Assembly (NCBI GenBank): GCA_035353995.1
Contig: DAOQAL010000001.1
Coordinates: forward strand, 145,464 to 209,463
Length of the DNA stretch: 64,000 nt
Direction of reading: 5' to 3'
Source: Minisyncoccota bacterium
GTDB lineage: Bacteria; Patescibacteriota; Minisyncoccia; Phycocordibacterales; UBA9973
Shown here piece by piece: positions 53,778 to 62,257 of the stretch (the stretch's first letter is position 1; each line of letters begins with the position of its first letter). The position numbers and the translations under genes were made by a program. The notes under the pieces were generated by a model. That model was not told where the DNA came from. It did no database searches and worked only from the letters and a program-made list of their open reading frames with translations.

Positions 53778-54152
53778 TTATTTTCCAATCAATTCTTTTA
53801 CCTTTGCTGTAAGTTCGTCAAGACTAAAATTTGATTTAACCATGAACTGATTTATACCAAGTCCTTTTGCTTTTTCTATGTCTTTTTCTTCTGATAAGTT
53901 TGAGAATATAATTACGGGAACATTTACAAGCTCTTGTTCTTTTTTTATTATTTTTAGAATTTCAAATCCATCAACATCAGGTAGCATAAGATCAAGGAGT
54001 ACTAAATCAATTTTAACTTTTCTTTTTATTATATCTATAACACCATCCGCGTTAATAGCTGTCTGTATATCATATCCTTCCTTCTTTAGCTTTGTTGCTT
54101 CAAGGCCTTGAAGAAAAGTATCATCTTCTATAATAAAAACTGTTTTTGCCAT
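53778..54152 (-). CDS. Single-domain response regulator receiver
   Basis: IIEDD, LLDLMLPDVDG, PVIIFS, conserved Lys. Confidence 0.92.
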   Translation of the reverse strand: MAKTVFIIEDDTFLQGLEATKLKKEGYDIQTAINADGVIDIIKRKVKIDLVLLDLMLPDVDGFEILKIIKKEQELVNVPVIIFSNLSEEKDIEKAKGLGINQFMVKSNFSLDELTAKVKELIGK

Positions 54153-54169
54153 ATGTATTAATTATACTA

Positions 54170-54952
54170 CTACAAAGTGTTAGTGCAAGGTATTTGTGCA
54201 CTTTTTTGGGGAATTGTAAAAAAGAATGTTGTTCCTTGGTTTTGTTTACTCTCAAACCATATTTTACCATTATGATTTTCAATTATTTTTTTAGTCGTAA
54301 AAAGTCCTATTCCTGTGCCAGTTGCTTCTTTCTTTTTTGCTTCTGGGTCACGATAAAATCTTTCAAAAATTTTGGCTTTTCCTTCCTCAGATATTCCAAT
54401 ACCAGTATCTTTTATTGAAACTTCAGCAAAACCGTTTTCTTCTTTAATTGCGATAAATATTTTTCCTTTTTTATTGCTATATTTGATAGCATTTTCTATA
54501 AGATTTTGTAAAACAATTCGTATTTTTTCTTTGTCTGCATATATCATTGGAAATTTTGTTTCTGGTTTTAGAAAAATTATTTCTTCTTCATGGCTATATG
54601 TTTCACCCGAAAAATCAAAAATAGAATCATTTATGAGTTCTATTATGTCGAATTCTTCTAAATTATATTTTTTTTCTTCTGTGTCTTCAGTTTTATTAGC
54701 TAAAAGTAATTCGCTGACTATCTCTATTGCTCTGACATTATCTTCATAGGCTCTTTTCATCAAATTTTCTTGTTCTGCTGTGAGTTCTCCTAAATCGCCA
54801 TCTAAAAACATTTTAATAATCCACCTTGAAGCGGAAAGGGAAGTTCTAATTTGGTGTGCACTAATAGAAACTATATCTGTTTTTGCTAAACATAATTTTT
54901 CTAACCTATCATTTTTTTCCTGCAAAGATTTTATTAAATCATCTTTTCCCAT
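54170..54952 (-). CDS. Histidine kinase without sensor/TM domain
   Basis: AHQIRT H-box; NLIENAIKYS; DTGIGI; GTGIGL; GTTFFF. Confidence 0.9.
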   Translation of the reverse strand: MGKDDLIKSLQEKNDRLEKLCLAKTDIVSISAHQIRTSLSASRWIIKMFLDGDLGELTAEQENLMKRAYEDNVRAIEIVSELLLANKTEDTEEKKYNLEEFDIIELINDSIFDFSGETYSHEEEIIFLKPETKFPMIYADKEKIRIVLQNLIENAIKYSNKKGKIFIAIKEENGFAEVSIKDTGIGISEEGKAKIFERFYRDPEAKKKEATGTGIGLFTTKKIIENHNGKIWFESKQNQGTTFFFTIPQKSAQIPCTNTL

Positions 54953-55053
54953 GAATCTATTATAACACTTTTAAGTTTACCTATCACTTTCTATAAAAAC
55001 ATATTACATAGGCAAGATATATGTAATGGTGAAAGCCATCACTTTCGCGAATG

Positions 55054-55142
55054 CGGAGACGGCGGGATTCGAACCCGCGAAGGGTTTTGAAGCCCTTGCC
55101 TCTTTAGCAAAGAGGTACGTTAGACCACTCTGACACGTCTCC
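55054..55142 (-). tRNA. tRNA-Ser (anticodon GCU)
   Basis: GGAGACG/CGTCTCC; CCTCT-TTGCTAA-AGAGG; long variable arm; GCGGG-TTCGAAT-CCCGC; G73. Confidence 0.95.
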
Positions 55143-55224
55143 TTTATAATTTAATTACTTTAACATATTTTTTATACTTTTACAGTTTTTATGTTATATT
55201 ATTTTTGTATTTTAGAAATGAAAA

Positions 55225-55311
55225 GGAGGCGTGGATGAGTGGCTTAAATCAGCGGTTTACTAAACCGCCGTCCCTTAATCGGGACCGTGAGTTCGAATCT
55301 CACCGCCTCCG
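55225..55311 (+). tRNA. tRNA-Ser (anticodon ACU)
   Basis: GGAGGCG/CGCCTCC; GCGGT-TTACTAA-ACCGC; variable arm GTCCC-TTAATC-GGGAC; GTGAG-TTCGAAT-CTCAC; G73. Confidence 0.92.
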
Positions 55312-55407
55312 CAGAGTCGTGATAGCACAAGATGCTTAGTTCAAAAAGGTTTTAATTTATAAAATTAAAACCTTAAAATTTAGATAATAATCTGATATAC
55401 TTTGAAT

Positions 55408-56616
55408 ATGATTGAAAACAGCATTGTTTATCGAGATTTCAAAGGAAAATATGAATACCTTCCTATTTCAAAAGCGGAGGGTTCTTTAATTTGGGATAGA
55501 GACGGAAAAAGATATATAGATTTTTCATCAGCTTGGAACGTGACAAATCTAGGATGGAATAACCAAGAAATCAACGAAGCAATAATTGAACAAACAAAGA
55601 AAAATGTTCAGGGTCTTCTTTGGGGTTCTGATCCTATTCAAGAAGAATATGCTAAAGCTTTAACAGAAGCATTACCAAAAGAACTTGATGCATGTATTAA
55701 AGAAACAAGTGGCACAGAATCAATCGAAGTTGCAATTAAAGTAGCTCGTGTCTACACAGAAAGAAAAAGAATTATCGGTTTTAATTCTCATTATCACGGA
55801 CAGTTATTTGCTTCACTTGCTATTGGGTATCCAAAAGATTCACATCAAAAACTTCAACCGTTAGTTCCAGAAATTGAACCAATTCCATTTCCGCACAACA
55901 AAATAAGTGAAGAAGATTTCAATAAATTCATATCAGATTTTGAAGAATTACTTTCAAAAAAAGATGTCGCTGCGGTTGTTACAGAACCAGGAATTATTAC
56001 TGGTTGGGGTTCAACATTGATTTCATATCCTGGCTTTCTTACAAAACTTCGAGAAATTACTTCAAAGTATGGGACAATACTTATTGTTGATGAAGTTGGA
56101 ACTGGTTTTTCAAGAACTGGAAAACTTTTTGGTATACAGCATGAAAATGTAACACCAGATATGATTATATTCGCAAAAGGTATATCTAATGGAGCTTCAG
56201 CTATCGGTGCAGTTGTTGGTAAATCTGAAATGTTTGAAAAGGCATTTTCAGAAGCAATGTTAATTTCTACATTTGGTTGGACTCCAATAGCATGTGCTGT
56301 TTCTTTAAAAGCCCTTCAAATTCATTTAAGAGATAAAACCTGGGAAATGGCAGAAAAGAAAGGAAATTATATACAAGAAAAATTAAAAGCTCATGTTGGA
56401 GATACTGTCGTTGAAGTAAGAGGAATGGGATTAGAAATCGGATTACAATTTAAAGATGCAGAAACTTGCAAAAGAATTCAAAAGGCATGTTTTGCTGATG
56501 GACTTCATGTAGTTGTAGGAAGTGGAGATAATATGCAAATTATGCCACCACTTACAATTCCACAAGAACTATTAGATGAGGGACTAGATATTTTAATAAA
56601 AAATTTAAAAAGTTAA
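55408..56616 (+). CDS. Class III PLP-dependent aminotransferase
   Basis: YIDFSS, SGTESIEVAIK, YHG, DEVGTGFSRTG, PDMIIFAKG, STFG; ATG 55408. Confidence 0.93.
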   Translation: MIENSIVYRDFKGKYEYLPISKAEGSLIWDRDGKRYIDFSSAWNVTNLGWNNQEINEAIIEQTKKNVQGLLWGSDPIQEEYAKALTEALPKELDACIKETSGTESIEVAIKVARVYTERKRIIGFNSHYHGQLFASLAIGYPKDSHQKLQPLVPEIEPIPFPHNKISEEDFNKFISDFEELLSKKDVAAVVTEPGIITGWGSTLISYPGFLTKLREITSKYGTILIVDEVGTGFSRTGKLFGIQHENVTPDMIIFAKGISNGASAIGAVVGKSEMFEKAFSEAMLISTFGWTPIACAVSLKALQIHLRDKTWEMAEKKGNYIQEKLKAHVGDTVVEVRGMGLEIGLQFKDAETCKRIQKACFADGLHVVVGSGDNMQIMPPLTIPQELLDEGLDILIKNLKS

Positions 56617-56627
56617 ATTATAAATTT

Positions 56628-56966
56628 ATGAAAATCACAAAAAAATCGCATGAAACTTTTGTACGAGAGGATGCTCACGGTGGTAGTGGTGGACGGAAAT
56701 TACTGTTAGCTGACAGTGAAATGAAAAATGTACAAGGCATGACCTATGGATTTTTGCCAGCAGGTGCTAAATTTACATGGCATAATCATGAAAAAATAAA
56801 CGAAGTAATGCTTGTTCTAAAAGGACAAGGGTCTGTGCGAGATGAAGATGGTATTTATCCTTATTCAGTAGGAGATGTGTTTGTGTTCCCTCAGAATATT
56901 TTTCATGAAATTGAAAACACATCTAATGAAGAACATGAATATATTTTTGTGAGAATTTATGAATAA
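56628..56966 (+). CDS. Cupin-domain protein
   Basis: WHNHEKINEVMLVLKGQG...GDVFVFPQNIFHEIEN. Confidence 0.9.
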   Translation: MKITKKSHETFVREDAHGGSGGRKLLLADSEMKNVQGMTYGFLPAGAKFTWHNHEKINEVMLVLKGQGSVRDEDGIYPYSVGDVFVFPQNIFHEIENTSNEEHEYIFVRIYE

Positions 56967-56986
56967 AATAAATTAATCAACATTCA

Positions 56987-57072
56987 CGAGATATGTCGTT
57001 ATGGTAATATAAAATTATTAGAAATAACGTTACAGGGCTTGTCTGTGAAAGGTTCTAACACGAGTATCTCCG
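56987..57072 (+). pseudogene. Decayed type-II tRNA (probably Ser, anticodon AGA)
   Basis: GAGATA/TATCTC acceptor; TGGT D-loop; TTA-TTAGAAA-TAA; variable arm ACAGG/TCTGT; GGTTCTAAC T-loop remnant; ends TCC-G-CA like neighbouring tRNA-Ser genes. Confidence 0.55.
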
Positions 57073-57138
57073 CAAATTAAAAATAGTATCGGTAGACTTA
57101 ATTGCCTTAAATTATATAATTAAGATATTATTATTAAT

Positions 57139-57888
57139 ATGAAAAATATTTTTTACAAATATAAAATTAAGGCAATAAAAGAATGTAAGACTTTGACTTA
57201 TGCTGAGAAAACAAAGGGATTATGGAAAAAAAGGGCAATACATGAATACTTTGATTGTCTAAAACTCGATGATGCAAATAAAAAAATTTCTTCATTATTA
57301 TTAAGAAAAAAATTAAATGGTAAAAAAATTTTAATAATAGGTGGTGGAACAGGTAAACTAGGAAGAAATCTTTCAAATAAATGCAATTATGTGAAAATAG
57401 TAGAAATTGATTCTTCTTTAAGTATCTCTAATCATGCAAATTATTTAGCTAAAAAAGAAAAACTCAAAAATTTTATTTCTATCAATGCGAGTTGTCAAAA
57501 AATTCCATTCAAAGATAATTTTTTTGATTATGTTGTAGCATATGGAGTTTTTAGATATATCCCAGAAAATGATCATAAAATATCAATATCGGAAATTATT
57601 CGTGTTTGTGAAAATTCATTCATTATATCAGAACCAGCTATGGGAAATTTTTTATTATCTTTAAAAAAACAAATACCTAATAGTATTAATATAAAATTAA
57701 ATAAACAAAAAATAACAATGTTTAGAATGTCTTTATTTTATATGTTGTTTAAATTATATAAGAATGATAAAAATTTTAAAAAAGTAGTTGATTCAAAAAT
57801 CAATTTGAAAAATAATTTTATTAAAATAATATCTAATATAGCTGGAACTAAAAAAGGTTATCTTTATAATCTTGTTTGTAAAAAATAA
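57139..57888 (+). CDS. Class I SAM-dependent methyltransferase
   Basis: ILIIGGGTGKLG, EIDSS, IPFKDNFFDYVV, EIIRV. Confidence 0.85.
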   Translation: MKNIFYKYKIKAIKECKTLTYAEKTKGLWKKRAIHEYFDCLKLDDANKKISSLLLRKKLNGKKILIIGGGTGKLGRNLSNKCNYVKIVEIDSSLSISNHANYLAKKEKLKNFISINASCQKIPFKDNFFDYVVAYGVFRYIPENDHKISISEIIRVCENSFIISEPAMGNFLLSLKKQIPNSINIKLNKQKITMFRMSLFYMLFKLYKNDKNFKKVVDSKINLKNNFIKIISNIAGTKKGYLYNLVCKK

Positions 57889-57911
57889 AGTATCAAAAGA
57901 TTTATAAACTT

Positions 57912-58436
57912 ATGAATCATATAAATATTGAAATAAAAGCTAAATCAAATAATCATGAAAGAATTCGTGAATTCTTGAAATCTCATAACGCTGACTTCAA
58001 AGGAATTGATCATCAAATTGATACATATTTCAAAGTAAATAAGGGTCGTTTAAAGTTACGCGAAGGAAACATCGAAAACTATCTAATATATTATGAAAGA
58101 GAAAATAAAGAAGGACCAAAACAATCAGATGTAATACTTTTTAAATTAACCTCAGGAAGCTCACTTAAATCAATATTAATAAACACAAATGGAGTACTAG
58201 TTGTTGTAGATAAAAAACGAGAAATATATTTTATTGAAAATGTGAAATTTCACATTGATACTGTTCAAGAACTCGGTACATTTATTGAAATAGAGGCTAT
58301 CGATGATGATGGTAGTATTGGAAAAAATAAACTGCTCCAGCAGTGCAACGAATATCTCAAACTCTTTGATATTTCAGAATCTGATCTTATTTCTGTATCA
58401 TACAGTGATTTATTGCTTGAAAAGATCGAAAAATAG
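57912..58436 (+). CDS. CYTH-domain protein (class IV adenylate cyclase-like)
   Basis: NIEIKAK, QIDTYF, RLKLRE, VDKKREIY, HIDTVQELGTFIEIE. Confidence 0.9.
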   Translation: MNHINIEIKAKSNNHERIREFLKSHNADFKGIDHQIDTYFKVNKGRLKLREGNIENYLIYYERENKEGPKQSDVILFKLTSGSSLKSILINTNGVLVVVDKKREIYFIENVKFHIDTVQELGTFIEIEAIDDDGSIGKNKLLQQCNEYLKLFDISESDLISVSYSDLLLEKIEK

Positions 58437-58533
58437 TTGAGGTGCCAAACTACGTGGTATATTTTTTATATAAAAAATTTTTATGTTATAATCAGCTAGT
58501 GTTGAATTTACTAATTTTATCTTTTAAAATTTT

Positions 58534-59721
58534 ATGAATAAAAAAATAATTAAACTTTTGTTTATTTGTGCAATTGCAATCTTTGGATTGAAAGCAGATG
58601 CTTCTTGTTCATTTACTAGAGACTTAGAGCTTGGTTCAGAAGGAGAAGATGTTCGATGTTTGCAACAATATTTAAATAGTGCAGGATACACTATTTCAAC
58701 TTCTGGCGCTGGTTCAGTTGGAAAAGAAACAAATACTTTTAAAGCAAAAACAAAAGAAGCTATTATATCTTGGCAATCAGCAAATGGAATAAGCCCAGCT
58801 AAGGGATATTTTGGTACTAAGTCTCAATTAAAATATTGGGAATTAGTAAATAGTAGTACTAGTTCAACAACTACAACCACGTCCACAACTGGTACTTCTT
58901 ATTCTGTTTCAGAATTAAATGATCAAATTACTTCTCTAAAATCTCAATTAGTAGTAGCTCAAAATTCTTCTACTGTAAAACCTGGTGAAGTTGCTGCTTC
59001 AAAAAGAATAAAAGAAGCATTGGATATGATTGAGGAAGCAGATGATCAAATAGATGATAGTGATGAAGATACAACATCAGCAAAAAATAATTTAGAAGAT
59101 TCCAAAGAAGATTTATTTGATGCTATAAGATCATTTTTTGATAATAAATTTACAGATGCACTGGATTCTGCAGATGATGCATACAAAAACGCTGAAGATG
59201 CATTTGAAGATGCAGGTGGTGAATCTAGAGAAGATGAAGTTAATAATAGTATAGATGAAGCAGAAGACGATATTGATAATGCTGAACAAAAAATAGAAGA
59301 CGCAAATGATGACGATGAAGATACAGATGAAGCTGAAAAAATATGGAATGATGCAAATGATAAATTGGATGAAGCAAAAACAGCATTCGATGATGGAGAT
59401 TATGACGAAGCAGAAAATTTGGCAGAAGAAGCTTCTGATCTTGCAGATGAGGCAATAGATGCAATAGGAGAGAGCAGTGAAAAAGATGATGCAAATGATG
59501 CAATAGATGATGCAAACGATACAATAAATGATGCAGAGGATGAAATAAATGAAGCTGAAGATGATGGTAAAGATGTAGATGACGCAAATGATTTATTAGA
59601 TGATGCAAAAAGTACACTTGATGATGCTGAAGAAGCATTTGATGATAAAGATTATGATGAAGCAAAAGATTTGGCAGAAGAAGCTTCTGATCTTGCAAAC
59701 GATGCAGTAGATGAATTGTAA
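58534..59721 (+). CDS. Exported peptidoglycan-binding protein with long acidic helical repeats
   Basis: Signal peptide; FTRDLELGSEGEDVRCLQQYLN...WQSANGI..GYFG PG-binding domain; D/E/A-rich 84-aa repeats. Confidence 0.8.
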   Translation: MNKKIIKLLFICAIAIFGLKADASCSFTRDLELGSEGEDVRCLQQYLNSAGYTISTSGAGSVGKETNTFKAKTKEAIISWQSANGISPAKGYFGTKSQLKYWELVNSSTSSTTTTTSTTGTSYSVSELNDQITSLKSQLVVAQNSSTVKPGEVAASKRIKEALDMIEEADDQIDDSDEDTTSAKNNLEDSKEDLFDAIRSFFDNKFTDALDSADDAYKNAEDAFEDAGGESREDEVNNSIDEAEDDIDNAEQKIEDANDDDEDTDEAEKIWNDANDKLDEAKTAFDDGDYDEAENLAEEASDLADEAIDAIGESSEKDDANDAIDDANDTINDAEDEINEAEDDGKDVDDANDLLDDAKSTLDDAEEAFDDKDYDEAKDLAEEASDLANDAVDEL

Positions 59722-59785
59722 TCTAAACCTTTTCTAGTAAATTTTTTGAATTTATATTCAATATTTTTTGTGCTATAATTTTCGC

Positions 59786-60286
59786 ATGAATTTTGCAAGT
59801 AAATTAAAACAAAAATCTTGGAGAGTAATATATAGATTTTTTTCTCCTATGCAAAAGTTTTTATTGAAAACTGGTTTAATTTGGCACGATAAAGGTAGAC
59901 AAAAATATCATTTAGGTTGGCTTGCTCCTGGTAAAACACTAGAAGATTTAAAAAAACATTTACATGAAAAATGGAGTTTTGGTAACCATTTCATTGCTTG
60001 GACTGATGACGGACAAGTTTTAAGTTGGAGAAAATTAAATTCTTTTGAAGATCAATATCATTTGCGTGTTTTTAAAGATGGGGAATTGAGAGGACATTTT
60101 GAATATACTCCAGAGGCTCATCCTGTTGATCATTTTGTTGAGAAAGGGGAAGTAAATAAGAAAGATGACTTTTTAAAATTTCTAGGAGATTTTGTTGTGC
60201 AAAAAAAACATATCTCTCATCTTGAAATTGACCCAGATGCATTTAATCCAGATTCTGAATTAACTATAGAACAAATAAAAAAATAA
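59786..60286 (+). CDS. Hypothetical protein
   Basis: ORF with TGnTATAAT 6 nt before ATG; QYHLRVF...HFEYTPE segment. Confidence 0.7.
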   Translation: MNFASKLKQKSWRVIYRFFSPMQKFLLKTGLIWHDKGRQKYHLGWLAPGKTLEDLKKHLHEKWSFGNHFIAWTDDGQVLSWRKLNSFEDQYHLRVFKDGELRGHFEYTPEAHPVDHFVEKGEVNKKDDFLKFLGDFVVQKKHISHLEIDPDAFNPDSELTIEQIKK

Positions 60287-61474
60287 TTATTCTAATTTAG
60301 ATTCAGGGATAACAAGATCCCAAAGTTTTCCAGCTACATTATTTGATTTTCCAAATAATGTATAATGATGCAAATCAATAAAAGGTAAACTATTACATTC
60401 AATTACGCCACAATGTTCTTGTTCATTCCAAGGTTTTGTAATATCTTCAATTATAAAATCAACTCCAATAAGTGGATCTTTCAAATATGAACCTACATGT
60501 TCTAACATTTCTACATTCACAGGATGAGTGATGTCTGTAACTTCTGTAGTTGTTCCTCCGCAACCTCGACTTGTTTTTTGAGAAAATGTTATTGGAATTC
60601 CTTTTTCTGGAATACTATTAATATTTACTTTTTGGCGTGCAAGTTCTTGTTCCGCTTCTTTATCAATTATAATTTTGTGAAATATAGGACCAGAACGTTC
60701 AGTTCTTTCATTTTCTTTTTCTAATAATTCCTTTACTGTATGAATTCCATCTCCTGTAACTTCTGGTTGATCTCTTCTTACAACTCCAACTAATTTTTCT
60801 CCAATTAATGTTCCTCTAAAAAGGTGACCATTTAATTCTTCTTCAATAACTACAATTGGAGAAAGTTTTTTTGCTTTTTTAAATCCTATTTTTAAATCTT
60901 TTTCTGTATTTATATGTATTGTTGTATGCCTGCTTCTAGATCCAAGATTTGGTTTTGTTATTACTGGTTTTGTTATTTTTCTGAAAATTTTTAATGCCTT
61001 TTTATAAGTCCATGCTGTGCCACCTTTTGCTACAGGAATTCCTTCTTTTTGAAATTTTTGTTTCATAATTCCTTTATTATCCATCCAATTTATAGAATCT
61101 GATTCTTTGTCTTCCGGTCTTGGTAGTCCATCAAAAGTTATTTTTTTACCTTTATATTCTGCAATAAAAATGTTTCTAATAGGTCCTAAATGGAATTCAT
61201 ACATTTTTATGCCACGTTTTTTTGCTTCTTCCCAACAACATTTTGTTCTCCAAGTATCTTTTTCGTCAGGTTCAAAAGAATAATGACCTAATTTTAAAAA
61301 AATCATCAAACGATAAAATGGGAATGATACTTTATCTGATATCGCATCAGCTACATTTTTAAAAAAGAATTTTATTAAATTAAAAAAAGGTTCACTTGTC
61401 ATACCAAGAAGCACAGACATATAAGCAATACAATGTATTTCTTGAGATGGTTCACAATCTTTGCAATGTTTCAT
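60287..61474 (-). CDS. ATP-grasp ligase related to cyanophycin synthetase / GshAB ATP-grasp domain
   Basis: DNKGIMK, GIPVAKG, VITKP, VTGDGIHTVKEL, GVDFI, VIECNSLPFIDLH. Confidence 0.8.
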   Translation of the reverse strand: MKHCKDCEPSQEIHCIAYMSVLLGMTSEPFFNLIKFFFKNVADAISDKVSFPFYRLMIFLKLGHYSFEPDEKDTWRTKCCWEEAKKRGIKMYEFHLGPIRNIFIAEYKGKKITFDGLPRPEDKESDSINWMDNKGIMKQKFQKEGIPVAKGGTAWTYKKALKIFRKITKPVITKPNLGSRSRHTTIHINTEKDLKIGFKKAKKLSPIVVIEEELNGHLFRGTLIGEKLVGVVRRDQPEVTGDGIHTVKELLEKENERTERSGPIFHKIIIDKEAEQELARQKVNINSIPEKGIPITFSQKTSRGCGGTTTEVTDITHPVNVEMLEHVGSYLKDPLIGVDFIIEDITKPWNEQEHCGVIECNSLPFIDLHHYTLFGKSNNVAGKLWDLVIPESKLE

Positions 61475-61511
61475 AATTTTTATTATAGCATTACATTAAA
61501 TTTTAAAAAAT

Positions 61512-62159
61512 TTAATGTGCGACAGTAAAAGCTATAACTTTTTTTGCTCCAGCTTCTCTTAATACTTTTTTTGCTTCGCCTAGCGTTGCTCCTGTTGTAG
61601 TAACATCATCTATCAAAATTATATTTCTATTTTTTATTTTTTCTGCATTTTTCACAGAAAAAGATCCGATTATATTTTTTAAACGTTTATTCCTTTCTTT
61701 TATTAATGCTTGATGCTCTGTGTCTTTTGGTTTTAACAAAACGTCTTTTTCTAATATGAAATCTGTGTTATTTAATTTAATAAGTTTTTCGCAAATAAGA
61801 CTTGCTTGATTAAAACCCCTTTGGCGTAATCTTTTTGGTGAAAGTGGTATTGGTATTAATATTGGTTTTTGAAAATTTTCAAGTAATGATAAATCTGATA
61901 TTTCTTCAAGTATTCTTCCATACATTACTTCTGCAAAAATAGATGCAATACCTTTTTTATTTTTATATTTTAAAAGCCAAACTGCCTTTTTCACTGGTAT
62001 ATGCCTATAGTCATACATTGGAATAATCCATTTTGCGCTCTCACGTTCTGCTTCTGGGGAATCGTTTAAACATTTTATACACAAATCTGTGCCTTTTTTG
62101 CCACAAGAAATACAATACGATGGAAAGATTATATCTAAAATATTGTTTAAGATTTTCAT
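61512..62159 (-). CDS. comF: ComF-family competence protein (double zinc ribbon plus PRTase)
   Basis: CxxC..CxxC; PIPLSPKRLRQRGFNQA; LIDDVTTTGATL. Confidence 0.92.
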   Translation of the reverse strand: MKILNNILDIIFPSYCISCGKKGTDLCIKCLNDSPEAERESAKWIIPMYDYRHIPVKKAVWLLKYKNKKGIASIFAEVMYGRILEEISDLSLLENFQKPILIPIPLSPKRLRQRGFNQASLICEKLIKLNNTDFILEKDVLLKPKDTEHQALIKERNKRLKNIIGSFSVKNAEKIKNRNIILIDDVTTTGATLGEAKKVLREAGAKKVIAFTVAH

Positions 62160-62257
62160 TACTTTAAAAATTTTATTAAGAAGTCCTTTTACTCCTTATT
62201 TTTCTTGGTAATTACTTCCTTTTAATATTGCTTTTATGTTATAATATTAGCATAAAA

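Noticed and set aside
59240-59698. 152-aa His/Leu-rich minus-strand ORF
   Set aside because: Antisense shadow of GAT/GAA-rich codons of the acidic repeat protein
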